A DNA stretch of 63,996 bases, counting the filler, from Sphacelaria rigidula (taxonomy: Eukaryota), in assembly GCA_964200075.2 (NCBI GenBank). It is 3 parts of 3 records of this genome, joined end to end, with 100 filler letters (N's around TTAATTAATTAA, not from the genome) between each part and the next. Parts side by side here need not be neighbours in the genome. Positions count along the whole stretch, not along the records: positions 43,143 to 63,996 come from CAXNAA020000487.1; 2 more parts are not named here. One strand, given 5' to 3'. The notes under the pieces were generated by a model. It worked only from the letters and a program-made list of their open reading frames with translations, made no database searches and was not told the DNA's origin. Position 1 is the first letter of the stretch; the number at the start of each line of letters is the position of its first letter. Below, piece by piece: positions 49,831 through 63,996 of this stretch. A program made the translations under genes and the position numbers.

Positions 49831-51894
49831 TATAACAATAAACGGGCAGAAATACCTCATTGAAGCATATTATTCTCGCCATATCTTCTCGTCCGAAATA
49901 AGGGGAAAAATAAAAACACCTCCACGAGCAGAGGTGGGAGCATATTTGTTTAGCCGTATAAGTAGTGGTACAACAAAAAGACGGGCAGAAATGCCTCATT
50001 GAAGCTCTCGGCATATTATCTTCTCGCCCGAAATAAGGAGCAGAATACGCCAAAACGAGAAGCGGAATGGGCAAGAATCGACCAATCACACCGAACCCGC
50101 TGCTTGTTCAATCATGCCTCACTATCCAGTAAAAAAATAGCATTACTCGTTCCGTTTTGTATCCTATCGTATCGTACCAAGCGTATATCATCACGTTATA
50201 GAAGGGTCCGTCGAAAACGTACTTCGGGACACGTAGGCCCCGAAAATTCGAGTTTTTGAGGGGGTGGGGAGGGGGAAACTCAGCCTGCTGTCCCCTAGTT
50301 TATTGCCGAGGCGTTGGTGGATGCGGTCAGCTACCGTGTACAGAGATCCTCGGGATTGAGACCGCTGCGGACACACTGCCCCTTCAAGCTCGTCGACTAC
50401 CATGTAATTTACATGCATGGGATCATAATCCGTGTCGTGTGCCTCGACTACCTACCACTACGTAGTAGTCCGGGAAAAATTGGCGTGGCGTGAGATAATG
50501 TTGCTACTTTGGCAACAGGCTGTCGCTACCGCGCGCTCCTGTAATGTATATAGATGCGTGTGAGCGTTGCCGGCATCCGACGTCATCGGGACAGGGCGGG
50601 CAAGGAACAGAAGCAAAAAACTATACGAACCTTGCAAAGCCCGCCAAACTGGCAAAAAATCATGATAATTTTAATTTTCGAAAAATTTCGACAGACCATT
50701 GCGTTATATAATTTTTTTTTGCGATACGATAGCGACAGCCATACTTTTATATACCACACAGTATGCACAAAGGAAGTTTCGATCCGATACCCAGCACCAC
50801 TGGGAATGGTCAGACGAGAATACGAGTATTTTTCCAATCGTTCCAGGATATACCCTTGACGACGTGAACCGCCTCCAATGATTCCAGCATGTACCAAGCC
50901 TCGGTATCCTACATGCGTCGGGCAAAAACACGGCTACTTGTTCGATTTTCAAAAAATTCGAACGGCCCCTGACTGTACTGTTGTTGTAAATGATCAACCG
51001 TCAGTTCGCAAGTCAAACGAGCAGCTGTACAGAATCCACTCGTGATTCCGGTTTCAGTTGTGATGTTCCGCTGATGATACTGCCGCAGCTAACAACAACC
51101 GGACACACCAGTATAGTACAGTTGACAGTCAGTGCGTTACGATAGTACGGTTACAGAGATCCACAAACGGCGGGATGAGTGAAACGGTGTGTGTTGGTAC
51201 ATCCAAATACATGAAGCCTGAAGACCCAGAAGCACGTCACACATATCGCAGTGGTGGTGCTGTCAGCGCTCACACCTGCGCTCCGCAGCAGGGCCGTGAC
51301 TTGAACGCTCTGCAGCTGCTGCAACTAGAGCATCTTCCCTCTCACTGACAAAAACTGTATTTTCTGACCTAACGCTCTTCCTTACACCGCGGACAGACAT
51401 GTGGTACATGGGGTCGAGAGGCTGAAACACTCGGTCTGTGCCGCAACACGAATCTACGCGCAAGGCACGAGCCTGTGTCGACACAGCGTATTAGCAAGCC
51501 GATCAGGTCAAATTAACACAACATTCTCAAATCGATAGTTCCTCAAAAATAAACCGTTGCGTCATGTTCACGTACAGTCAGTTCAGGTCTCCAACACTCG
51601 ATCCGTCGACCGCCAGGAAAGATCATCTGGGCCATGCAGTCATTTTTCAAGTGAAAGTGATGTCGGTTCGGTTCAACACACAACCTACACTGGCGGCCCC
51701 AAGAGTTGAAGGTCATCAGCTAGTTCAAAATGGACTGAACGTGACCTCAGCACTTCTCGGACAAGTAGCCAAGGTCCTCGGCGGCTGCCATCAACACCAT
51801 GCACAGTACCGGAGTTAGCACGGCTCACAACAGAGGCCACGGTATAACATTCAAAACAACTCATTCTTCCCGCTCGAGTCGACCCGCTCATTAC

Positions 51895-52146
51895 CTGCAA
51901 CTCGGTAGAGTGCGTTTGGTCCAAGCACAGCACCAGCAATGGCACAGCCCCTGCAGCGACCACAGCATCCACAGGCAAAGCGCTCTCCAGGGACAAGACT
52001 TTCCGCAGCCCACGTGCCGCCTCCACGCCCACCGCAACATGAAACCCCCTCAACAGCTGGCGTGCGAGCTCGGGAACATCAGCAGGTGTGCACTGCCCCG
52101 TATATGTTGTTCGTTCGAGTCGGGAAAACCGATTATCCATCGACAT
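51895..52146 (-). CDS. Importin-alpha-like first exon (first ARM repeats), orphan
   Basis: MSMDNRF...VEAARGLRKVLSLESALPVDAVVAAGAVPLLVLCLDQTHSTELQ|gtaatg matches the importin-alpha RKLLS..PPID.VI..G.VP..V..L...LQ segment. Confidence 0.72.
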
Positions 52147-54578
52147 GTTCGCTCAAGTTGATGGAGAAATCAGATAAGACGCGTACTCTTCCAACCTACA
52201 AGGTGCGAAAAAGCAAGGAGCGAGAGTTTCTATTACTGGGCAGCTAGCTGTGCCTTGTCAACTGTTGCCCACCGGTCAAGATGTGGACGGGCGTAGGTGG
52301 TGTGTGCATGTTCTGTGTACCATCCTTTGCACTCGAGTAGATTGACGGTACAAACTTGAAGAGTGACATTTCATGTACCGTCCACTCGGAAAAAGTTCAC
52401 AAAAAAAAATCAAGTAGGCAGAGCGGTACAAGCTAGGCCGCCCAAGAAACCACAAAGAGTGCTGAAACGTATATTTTTCGCTCAATTTCCGTTCTTGATA
52501 ACTTTTTACAACATGTACAGGGCGTACATGTGGGAATATCAAGCACTTCTTCTCGTGTTTCTTCTTCTCCTTTGTGAGTTATTTGGAATTTAGTTCCGAA
52601 AAAAGTCTTGAAATGTTGGGTCGCCAATAACTCCTGTCGAACCGTCCCGTACATCATGTCACAGGTTTATCGAAAACGAAAAACGACCGAGTATTAGCCT
52701 TGAGAATTGCGTTACAGCTTTGTGCGGCGCCACGCGGTACAAAGCTTACTGTCGTCTCAAATCCGATTTCCGCCCTTTCCTTCCGGCTAATTCGGCCGCA
52801 CACTGCATGTACCCTCAACTCTTCGCACTTTCGCATCTTGACTGCAGTTCAGTTTCTTTTCGATGAGACCTTGTCGGATCGTAGTGCCGTTATATATGGA
52901 TTTGAGGACGCGACGTGATTTGCTGATTACCGCGGTGTCATAGTCGGCACAATTAGCGATACATGGTCAGTTGGAACGGGCTGAAGGAGAGGGAGCTTCT
53001 CCCGCGGCCAAGTGTGTACTGATCAGTTGCTAATGACGCTTTTTACTCTGGTCGCCACCCGCCCCTCCCCCTCCCCTTCAATCAGTTTCACAATGTCTCG
53101 AAAACAATGGTGATCCGGCGCCTGCTGGTTGTGCTCGGCTTCTTCCGTTCCGATTCACGTGAATATCCACATCTCCGAAACACGTTTTTTTTTTTTTTTT
53201 TGGGGGGGGGTCAATTGCAGAAGGTGTCTGATTCGCACATACCTCCGGTTGTTATGCCAGCACGATGTGCGCTTCATCTCGACGTGAAGTACGCTCCGTC
53301 AAAACTGCACCATGCGGGTGTATATCAATTCCTTTACTTCGCTACCCACGGGTATAGAAATTCCGTCGTCAACACTATTATACTATCCACCTACTACAGT
53401 ACCAGAACTAACAGAGAACACCAAGAGAAGAACGCACACGATCGATCACGAAGTCGTCACCAATCCTCGCAAAAACACAGCCGAATCACCCAACATCCGA
53501 GGGTCCAGTCATGCAGTCGGTGACCATAAAACTTCGCTACCGTACTTTCAGGCACTGACTGCAGGCACACGCTGATGGGATCCGTACTTTTCGCCAAGAA
53601 ACACACGAACTCAACAACATGGGTGGACTTGACCGCTTCGAAATTTTGTCCAGCAGTCACATAAACCTGCTGCCGTGCAAGACCAACAATAAACGGATAA
53701 CTGATTCACCACCCAACCTGTTGGTTCGATCGGATTCACCAACTAAGTCATTTTCTTCGAGTAACAGGAGGGGTGCACACTAGTGAAACTCCCTCCGGCT
53801 ACAGCTACGCCGTCTAGCTGCTCGTTCACCGGATGTCGACCGAAAATATCTCGACACCTTCTCCCTTATTGGCAGTCGAACCAACAAGTCATCTCATCCA
53901 TCTAGTAAAATCCAATTCAGGTGGAAACACGATCGCCACTCTCATACTTTCCAAGCGAATCCTCCATTTCGGTAAGGTCGTCACCCCCCGACAAATCTCG
54001 ACCTGAGAGTGGCCATCCCTCTAGCGTTACAGCACTGAAATCAAGCTTGCAAGCCACAAAAAAATGAGCGACACGTTCAAATCAACACGAGCATCGCACA
54101 TACCCATCACAATATACATTCCGATACACAAGAGACCACCTTCCACCCGTGAAAAAAAAAGTTGAGCGAATCAACCACAAAGCCGTCGAAATTCGGCAAC
54201 GGTTATAGGGTTGTTCGCTGCTTTACAAATGGCAAAGGCGAACAAAGAAGGGACATTGGAACGTCATCCGGAGCCGCACACATTTCCGTCTCAAAGTTCC
54301 TGCCTTTCCCTCATGTCCCTGGGGCCAACACGACACAGCAACGATACGACAAGGGAAACGAGATCAATCTACCGTACGGCGGCGCGACTATTCCATCACC
54401 AGGGTAAGTCCATCAACTTGACCTCACAGTCTGTCTTCGATGACACGATGAGTGATCGACCTGCCCGGACGACCGAAACGTATACCAGACCAAACCCTAT
54501 GCCATGTTCCAGCTTCGCTCACGAGAAAAACTCGTCACAAAATCGAAAAATATGGATGTACTTTTTTGCATGACTCTA

Positions 54579-57500
54579 CTAGGCGAAGTTGAGGGCTCGC
54601 TGCGGGGATCCGAACGAGGGCAGTACCCCCGTCGTAGATCCATTCGACATGCCACAGTGCTTTGAGGGAGTGCCGTCATTGGCGGCAGCAGCACCGGGTG
54701 TAACAGACGCACCGAAAGAGAAAGTCTCCCCGCCCTCTGCGACGGTCGGCGCGAAACTCTCATCTTCCTCATCGTCATCTTCGCAGCCAAAGAACCGCTC
54801 AATAATGCACACAGCCTTGTCGTACACCTTACTGCTTGGTTTAGGCGCCCAGGGGAGAACAAAAACAAGAAAAGCGTCAGCAAGAACGTGAACGAACACA
54901 CACAGAGAAGCGGAAAGGGTGGATGCGCGTCAAGCACGGTAGAGAGAATTAAAGACGGTACTTTTCCCAGGCATAGGTTGGGTTTGGGGAAAGATGGAGA
55001 GGAAAAGGTGAAGCGACGTCACTTCGACCTGTTGAAATCCAAGCGGCGACGTCACAGCCGTTCATTGCCGGCACAAAAAAAACTTTCCTACGGACGCTGA
55101 AATAATACTAAACTCCAAGCACTGTCGTTGTCTCCATGACTCCCGTCAAACGTAGTCATCATGACCAGACAGGGCTGTACGGACCTTACCGATGACACTG
55201 CGAATGTTCCTCGATAAGCACGGGTTGACAATGATTCCCATCACCATTTCAAACTTCATAGTTGAATAACTACTCTTCATCCCCCCACCCCGCAAAATTT
55301 CCGAGTAGCCATGTACCAGCCGAGCCTGCATTCGTCTCCAAGAGGTGCACCCATGTTGCTCATGATTTTCGTACTTGACAGAACAGAGTTTTCAAAGACG
55401 GACCTGTTCTCGTGCTCTTGCAGTTGTTCCAGGCGATCAAGCCCCCCTGCCTCATCCACGAGCTGCGACCACGGAAGGCCTGCGTCCGCATCATCGTAGG
55501 ACAGAATCGAAGAAATCGCGTCCAACGCAACGAGAATGACCTGCAAAAACAGACACGGCAAAAACGGAACGGAGAGGGCGTGTACGAGACGAAATTGAAA
55601 CTTCTTAGAGATGCAGAGGTACACTCGGTGCTGGATTGTTAAGGGATCACATGCTCATGTGTGGATCCAACATCAATAATTTGAGGAAGTTAGATCCGCA
55701 AGGTTCGATATTGCGGGGAGTACGTCATACGTGTCGAAAAGTCATTCCAACATATGGATGAAAACATGAGCGTTGAATATGAAACACTGACTCAAGTACG
55801 TCGGTGCGCAGAAGAGTTGTTTTTTGCGGAAAACATCCCTTACCGACGCGGCCTACGGTCAGACCCGGAACACCTCTTTTAGACCAAGAGCCTCGTTTTT
55901 GCGGTGGTGGTAGCCGGCTTCTTCGCTTCTCTCGCGAAATTTTCGAAACTTTCTCCCTCCCCCGTCCATCCTCCATCCCTTTTCCGTGCATACTAGCTCT
56001 ACTTCATCATATCCATCAATATCTTTGAATCGATGCTTGCCAGTACATATCATGGATAGTCCAGCGATAGTGTCGTCCACACAACAGTATCGAGGAGTAG
56101 GTATGCCGAGAATCGTTTCCTTACTCGAGGGGGGCAGATGAACTGACGCATCATCATCTCACATTCAACAAGACAGAATTCGACAGATCTTCAAGAAACG
56201 ACTCTCGGACACATTGAAGGGTGAAACTTCATGACTTCGTCATCCGGATGCATGCTGATTATATCGCCTCGTGCGGCGCATGTTACTCCCACAAAACTCG
56301 ACACTGCGGACGAGATCAATTTGTCGAAATAGTTATGCCGCGTACAGCAAGGAATTCGTTGTCGATTTACTGGAATAGACGGGGGAGTCGATTTTGTACG
56401 CAAAAAACCTGTTGGAATGAGATTTCAGTCGAGGGTGTGTGTGCGAAACTCCGCACCGAGAAAACTTCAACACACGGGGCACGGCGCTGGACATGAGTAA
56501 CGGAGTTCGACCGCGTTGACAATTTCTGCCGAAAACAAAAGACTATTCAGCAATGGTTTCCGGACACGTTGTACATCACATAGTCGCACGACGTCCTATC
56601 GTATTTCCTCACCTTCGCATCCGCTCTGTCGATCATCTGACACAATGCGTGGATCGCTCCCAGTTGAACAAGCTGCTGCACTCGTGGAGCTGTCATGCCA
56701 GGGACACAGCGGGAGAAGAGGCCCGGAAAATAAAACGTACGCAGAGCGTACGTGTGAAGGGCAACACCAAGTGGTATCGTCACATACCGGAACCTTCACG
56801 GTCAATTCCGTCATGTTAGATCATTCGTCACTTGGTGCGTTCGACGCGGGAATCGGATAGTGGTGAATCTGCGGTCAACCGGTGAAACAACGTCGTTCGA
56901 CATGAAAGGACTTCCACTCTGAGGACGTATGGGAACGGGTTGAACGAGACCTCCGTGCCTCAGAGATTCTCGAAGGAAGCCGCGTCAGTCTTCCAAGAAC
57001 GACTCTTCAATACACTCGCACGCTCGATATTCCAAGAATTTCTCAAAATTGTGTTCAGACACAGATTCATCATCCCCACATCTACAAATCAACAGGAAAC
57101 GCACGACTTCGTCATCAAATCCCTACAGGGAGAGCTGGAACAGCTTCCCAGGGGCAGGGCAAGACCACTTCCTCTTCTCACCATCACCCGCCGTAGCGAT
57201 GTTGCTTATCACAAAGTTGGCCTCCTTCTGCACTTCCCATTCCGCCGACTCCAGCTGCTCAATAACGCGGGAAACGACGGTGCCAGCATCGCACACTACG
57301 GCCATCTGCGCCGGCGTTCCCGCCACGATGTTGCTCAGCGTCCAGCAAGTTTCCTGTAAGATTTCGGTATCAAGACACATCTCTTACTCAGCGCGGTACT
57401 TGCCTCTTGATGTACGAAACTGGGACCTTCCTCGGTCATGGATCAAACCAGGAGAAATGGGGTACGAAGAAAAAAAGGACCTGGCACAATCAACAGGGAC

Positions 57501-60500
57501 AATGAAAAAAATCGCCGGGTAGATTCCACCGAATACTCCGTTCAAAATCGCAGGGTTCCCACCTTCGTTCTCCATAAGCGAGACCGTCATGTACTACCCT
57601 CCGTATCAAGACTTGCCACGCCCCCGCCCTACAGGAGGCCATCACCATTTTACATGTGTTTCATCTTTTCATTCAACGGTCACTCAACCGTGATCTCGAT
57701 TTCATAAGCCTTCTCGCCAAGGTCGACCGTCATCTCCACGCAAAACGTCAAGCTCACATTTTAACCTACCTTGCGAATATTCTTCTTGGGATGGTTAAGC
57801 AGCACCTCCAAGTGCGTCATCACACCGGCATCCAGAACAGCCTGGGTGAAAGATGGTGACGTACAAAAGGAACCGGGGGAACAACAGCGAGCACAAGTGA
57901 GCACGCAGATTCGACCTCAGCAAGAGAGCTGAACGAAGTTGTTCACGACAATTTTTCAGCCGCGCTCGTCTCCGCTTCTTACAGATGAAAAACGATCGTG
58001 TTCCACGCGAACCAAGCAACACACAAAAACGACAAAATCGATGTGGAAAATACACCTCCGAATATATATTTTAGTAAAGGCGTGAAGTAACAACCTATTG
58101 CGACAGTTGTCCGTCAAAAATAGTCGGGATGTTCACGTGTGAGCACTTGTTGCTTAGTATCCAGTGATCGAACCGCGGCATGGACTTGAAAAAAATGGAA
58201 TACACGAGTGATGCAGAAAGACAGACCTGCGTCTGCATGTCATCGCCCGTCACGAAGTTCCCGAGCGTTCTCAATGCAGGGGTGACCACATTGCTGTCAT
58301 CATGCCTTAGGAGTCCCACCAGCGGGTGCACAACGCCCGAGGACATCACAGCCGTGATGCGGTCCGTGTCACCATCGGAGAGATACGACAACGCCCAGCA
58401 AGTGTCCACCAAGACCTGAACCATTAGTAGAGCAGAAGGACAACACGAAGAAAGATTTTCACGAGTTGGGGCGAATTTTCACCGACTCGGTTAGCCACAT
58501 TCACAACTTTAGACGCCTGATCGTTCGAAAACGAGGAGAAGAGAACCGCGGGCGAGGTAAGTCTCATTCAAATATTTGCGCCTGTTCATATGCCTGGGTT
58601 GCAACGCTGAAAATGAGCCTCCACAGTTGATATGTTTTGTACGAATCAAACTACGCCACGAGCTGGCCAGCCTGGACAGGGATTCATGCCCTCGAGGTGA
58701 TATCTCATCGGCACAAACGAGTTGGCTCGTGATCCTCATATCGTATTAATCGTTCAGTCAGGGAAAGGTGCCCATCGGCTCAAAAAAATAGGCCAATAGT
58801 TCTTTGCTCATCAAAACCCTCATGTGAAGTTATTCCCATATCTTGCGGAGACGGGTCCACATTAACATGTCCATAATACCCCGAATGATACATTCAGCGG
58901 ATAATGAGGTAGGTACCCTCATCGTTCCCTAATTCGTGATCCATCTCGACATATGGCGCACGTGAGTCACCATACCAAAATCAACATATTACTAGCGCGC
59001 CACCACATGCTCGAAACCGGGATGACGCGTCTCAGTTTTCGAGAGTATGGTGAGCCACTGGTGCAATAAAATGAAAAAAACAACGTGTTCCCTCTTCTAC
59101 GTTTTACCTCGCATTGATGTTTCAACTTAATTTTCAGAATCGTGATTTGAAACTCAGCGTGGAGGACCACGAGGGTGTGCCGAGAAAAAGCAAGCCCTTA
59201 ATTTTCTGTTATAGAGGTTGCGGCGCTTTTGTGAAGAAATAGCCTCCGTCATACTAGAACGCCCTAAACCAGTGAATATTAGTAAAACCTGACTCATGTA
59301 GGTCCGACCATCATGCCCTAGCGAGAGCCCATACGAAATCTTGATGCACAAAACCAAACGCTGGCCAGTGAGTGGCCTGTAAAATCATGTTCCGAATTTT
59401 CACCAACCTGTTTTTCTGATCGAAGGCACCGGCCACCAACTAGAGTTGGAGCGTCAAATTCGGTATTCAGAATGCAGAGAGCATATAACAACTGTCGGTA
59501 TCGAAAGGTTCTTGTTTTTCATCAAAGGGCAATACTTAGTAGTCCGGTATCATCAAGATGTCCTCAACTTATGGAGGAAAACAAACACTTTGGTACCATC
59601 GTTTTCATGCCCCATGCATCGTCAACATCGAATTTTACCCTCCAACTTCAAATATTGCAGGGGTCGGACAAATAGTGATTGGTCTGGAAATTACTCGGTT
59701 TTAGTGTAATAGGTCAACTCGTATCAATCCCTAGGCTTTCTTTCAGCGTTGCAACCCAGGCTCACACGCAGCCGAGACACGTGGAATGGCGCAAAAGTTG
59801 CGTGGATACCTCTTGAATTTGCGATCAACTTTATTCTTCGTTTTATGACATCAGACCGAAGAAATCGTGAATTTGGTGATTTTGAGTCATGATGATTTGT
59901 CTTAACTGTGGAGTATTCGCCGGCGTGTAGGCCGCCAAACTTCAAACCCGTCCCTAGGCTGGTGAGAGTCGTGTACTCATCTGGTTTTCAGTCGGACAAG
60001 ATTTGACCCTGAACCAACACGGTAATTTGACGGAACCGACATGCAAAGAAACGCAGAGGTAGGTCGAAGCGTGCCACGCAGGTCCAGGCGTATTTGAGAT
60101 GGACTATCGACTACAGTACACCAGCCACAAAAAGAATCGAAAAAATCATGACAAGTGGAGCGAGCCTTGCTCGAAATTGGTGAGGGCGGACGATTCGTGA
60201 GCATGCTGTAGTACTTATACTCTGGTCAAGATGAGCTTTTCAGAATGCAAGCAACAAGATGGAAGCTTTACGCATCTAGTATTGCTCGTGCTCTCCACTT
60301 CTGTGGGGAAACCACGTCTCGGCAAGACCTTACTCCGTCTAAAAGTGTAGTGTGTACAGTATCGACTATTGAGCCTATTGCCGCAGACAATATTTTCCAT
60401 ACTGTACGCGGTGTATTCCTACAAAAGAAAGTTCTGTACTGGAGAGACACGCTGAGGAAGACTATGAGCAACCGTGAGCAGAGTATACACCCCGCGGAGC

Positions 60501-63500
60501 TCCGTCAATTTGTACCGCCGAAGCATTCGTTTGACGTCAGGACTTGCAGTGTCGGGTGTCAGAAATGGACACTGGATGAGGACCTGGAGAGGTGAAAATA
60601 ACTGGGCGAGCTACTTACAATATGTTGTCATGAGGATCGGTGCTCTCGGACACAACCGAGCTGCTCGGCTCAGACGGCGTGTTCATCCATTCAACATCAG
60701 CCGGTGACCGTGTTCCGAGAGGAGGCATTGCCCCACGGGGGTTCAACCCCCAACAAGTCTTGATTCCGTCCTTGCTGTTGTCTGCATTATACATGAAACC
60801 GTGTCGATATCTGATTCAATGCCTGCTGCGCGCTATTCAGACAGACACGCATCGAAAAGTGAAGAGTGGACAACGGCACACGTGGGCCTGCTGGAGAATG
60901 ACGACTCTACGGCGGACTGATACAACATCCCACCGGGTTATGCAAAGTCATCCCTCACCACATTTCTTCCACATGATATCCTCACCTCCTTGTCCGGAGA
61001 CCCTAGAAGCCCGAGAAGGACGGGGAAAGCTGGCGCCAACATCTCGATCTTAGGCTGAGGCTTCCCCCTGCACATGTTGCTCAGAGCCCACACGCAATTC
61101 CTCAGGAGGGATTCGGTGTGAGGCTGCGTCACGTTCAGCAGCAAGCCATTCAAAGCGTCTTCAGTGCCCAAAACCACGTCCCTCAAGTTCTGGAATGGAG
61201 CAGAAGGACAGCGGGACAGTGGTGCGAGGCATCAAGATTCATATCTCAGTATCTCGTGTCAAGTGGCGGTGGTGACGACCACGAGCGGAGTAGATGCAAA
61301 TGTCAAGTTATCCCACGAGAGCGGTATTTGGCCCTCATTATCATTGCATCGATGAGCAGAAATAACGACCGAAGAGGAAGTCAGCGGCAGAATCTCTCGC
61401 ATCGGCATCTCCTCCATTTGAAAGCTAGCCGAGGACCAGATGGCCTACACTAGCGGCCAAATCTACATGGATTTCACCTCAGAAATATCGTGCTTTGTGG
61501 AAGGGGGTGGACGAAAGTTATCTTCGAACGTCGATCCCCGACAGCAGGACTCACGAATGCTAGTCAAGCTTACGAACGCCCGAGGGACTCACTCCGCATG
61601 ATTGCACTGCTTCAAGGGAGTCCAGCCGGGGATTTCGGATAATCCGCACACGGACCCGCTTGCCGGTAACTTTGAATATTTCCTTTTCCACTCCAAGAAA
61701 AATGATCATCCGAGGATCAAATCCCACGGTTTTCCCCGGTTACATTTGCAGTTTCCCACCAATGCAGGCCATGACCGTCAGCAACCGGGCCAGGAAGACG
61801 AACGTATACAGGGTGAGCCAGCATACGTCGAGATTGGGCACCATTACACACTTACTTCACACGACTTTTCATGAGCACTTACGCCGTTTCTTTACGGTGT
61901 TTCCGGGGGGCATCCTACTCACTCTCGAGAAGTTCACACAGGTTTCGACCTTCGAACAGGGGATATCGTCATTACACATTTTGAAAACTTCGCCGTCACC
62001 CCACCGCGGAGTCTAGTCCACTCTTCCACCTCCCTCGGCCCCTAGGTTTCCGGACTGGTCCCGTGACAAAGTAGAGTTGACAGAAAAATTCCGCGTCTGC
62101 GAGTTTTCACGGAGCAAAGCGTGTGGCCTGCCAGCAAGGCATGTGACGGAGGAAAGCACGTCGACCCCCGAATAAAATCAACTTCAAGAAATAGTTTTGC
62201 CTGTCCTAGACTCGGCTGTTCTTGCAGACAAGTGCTCTTCCGCCCAAACGAACACATCTACCGTAAACTGCAAGTGTGTCCTGCAACCATGTTGCAAAAC
62301 AGGGCAAGTCACTTCAAAGTGTCGAAATCCGTCCATCCCTCTTCCGGACGCACAGGACGCGGTAGGACCAAAATGGCATTTGTAAACAATCTCGTTTTCG
62401 TTCGCCATGAGCGACGGCCTCGGAGGCTGACACAGTGACAAAATATTTTCATCATCACGGGGCAGAGTCAGTGGATTAGCCGAGAAGAGATGATGAATGA
62501 GAGATCGCCAAAAAAAGGGAAGAAAATAAACGTGGATCCCGCCGCGGCGTCTCAGTTGGTGACCTCGAAAACTTCTCAAGTTGGTTCCTGGGTTCCAGTC
62601 TTGGGATGGTCGCACGATACAGGATTTCCTCGCCAGAGAGTGCCCCCCAAAAAGTCGAGAACGACCATGTCGTGAGTCAACAGAAAAACATGCCACGATG
62701 GACAAGGGAAGGGAGATACTCAACCTTTCCGTGATGAAAAAATTGGGGCTTGCACCGCAAACTGTTGTGTTGGCCTTCCTCGTGTGTAACCCCCGACTGA
62801 TACGCCAACATTAGCCGAGTGGTGTAAACGAGCGTCCAAAATATATGGGATTGTATCTGTCAAAATCACTCGACATTCATATATATTTCACTGTTTCAAA
62901 AACGGTTCCGAGTTCTCATGTGAATTTACCATCAGTGTACAGTTTTAGTTCACAACTCCGCAAAATGTGCCGTGCACCATACTATTCGTGTTACAATCCT
63001 CACACGACGAGCGTCGCCTCGGAACAGTTGTACAGGCTGACAGTTCCGAGACATGAGGGGGTTTCCAGAGCTCAATGGAATGGTTTTTGAAGGAGGGAGG
63101 AGTCTCTTCGCGGAGCGTGGGAGAGCTCACGGAGTCAACCATGTGTGTTCGGAAGTTTCCCGCGGAAAATCATGAGTCGCGCAGGAGGCCCAAGAGACGC
63201 GGGATGATCATTCTGACCCATCACGGTCGTCAAAATGAACACTTTAGTTACGGTAGAGGTGGATACCTAGTAGACACATTCGCTCTCTACACTCATGACT
63301 CATGTTGATCATGAAAATCAACCATGAACTATATAATCAAAAAGTCCGTGTTCGAGCATCTTCGGTACGTTGTGTCTTTTCTGTACTGCGCCTGGGCATC
63401 GTACTAGCTCAATACCTCATGAAGATCAATTTACAGGGAACACAATATGAACTAACCGCACAATCCCCGGCGATGTTGCCCAAGCACCAGGCGCACTGCT

Positions 63501-63621
63501 CGCGGAGGTCGGCATTGTGATGCTTCAGGTTGCGCACCAATCCCGGCACGGCCCCGCTGTCCACGACGGTACGCGTTTTGTTGGTGGAGGCGATGTTGGT
63601 CAGGGCCCACGCCGCCTCGAA
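54579..63621 (-). CDS. Importin subunit alpha (karyopherin alpha), ARM-repeat protein; first exon not upstream within window
   Basis: Phase-consistent GT-AG exons 63621-63457, 61189-60986, 58415-58227, 57841-57770, 57353-57182, 56689-56613, 55540-55404, 54831-54579. Motifs [107 protein letters not shown]. Confidence 0.93.
58592..59761. mobile_element. Intronic non-autonomous TIR element (~1.17 kb)
   Basis: Perfect 21-bp inverted ends GCCTGGGTTGCAACGCTGAAA / TTTCAGCGTTGCAACCCAGGC, extending imperfectly to about 29 bp. Confidence 0.7.
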
Positions 63622-63996
63622 CTGTCAGTAGTTCACCAGCAAAAAAGTATATACAAGGAAACAAAACGCAGGGCGCACGCACACGTACAACTGAGGAAAA
63701 CATCCTGTTAGACTCGGCAGATGATGGGTGACTGACGTAAAAAAGACACGCAAAACTCCCATCACTTTCGGTACCAGCCTCAAATGGAATGACACAACGC
63801 GAAAGTTGTTACTTGGGTCTCTGTCAAAATACAAGGTCTGTGGAGGGGGGAACGGTGGTGCCTAGCCTACGTTTGCGGGGTCTCGCTGGGGAGAGGGAGG
63901 GGGGTGAGGGGTTCTTGTGATCGTAAATGCCGTAGTCATTTGACTTTTGACCTCGAACGCTGGGGGGGGGGGGGGGGGGATTTTGTTTATAAAGTA

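Overview
Eukaryotic, intron-rich and transposon-dense DNA; gene structure and retroelement types suggest a brown alga (Phaeophyceae), which is an inference. Two identical 100-bp linkers (44N-TTAATTAATTAA-44N, at 21475 and 43043) split it into three contigs whose true adjacency is unproven. Host genes: a multi-exon type II AAA+ ATPase (minus, runs off the left edge); a head-to-head gene fusing ankyrin repeats to a TM-type tRNase Z-like metallo-beta-lactamase domain (plus, 3' half not found); an isolated RER1 exon; an isolated TKL-kinase terminal exon; and an importin-alpha gene (minus, 8 exons in window), with an orphan importin-alpha first exon lying downstream of it. The rest is a decayed full-length Copia element, a decayed Gypsy element, many non-autonomous TIR elements (piggyBac-, hAT-, pogo-like and unclassified) and a ~62-bp minisatellite with higher-order structure. 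The most notable signals are the ankyrin-tRNase Z fusion, two convergent genes both missing their 3' ends around a piggyBac-like insertion, a natural Walker B E-to-Q in the first AAA module, and the phase-compatible importin first exon on the wrong side of the gene. All calls were made by eye; no database searches were run.
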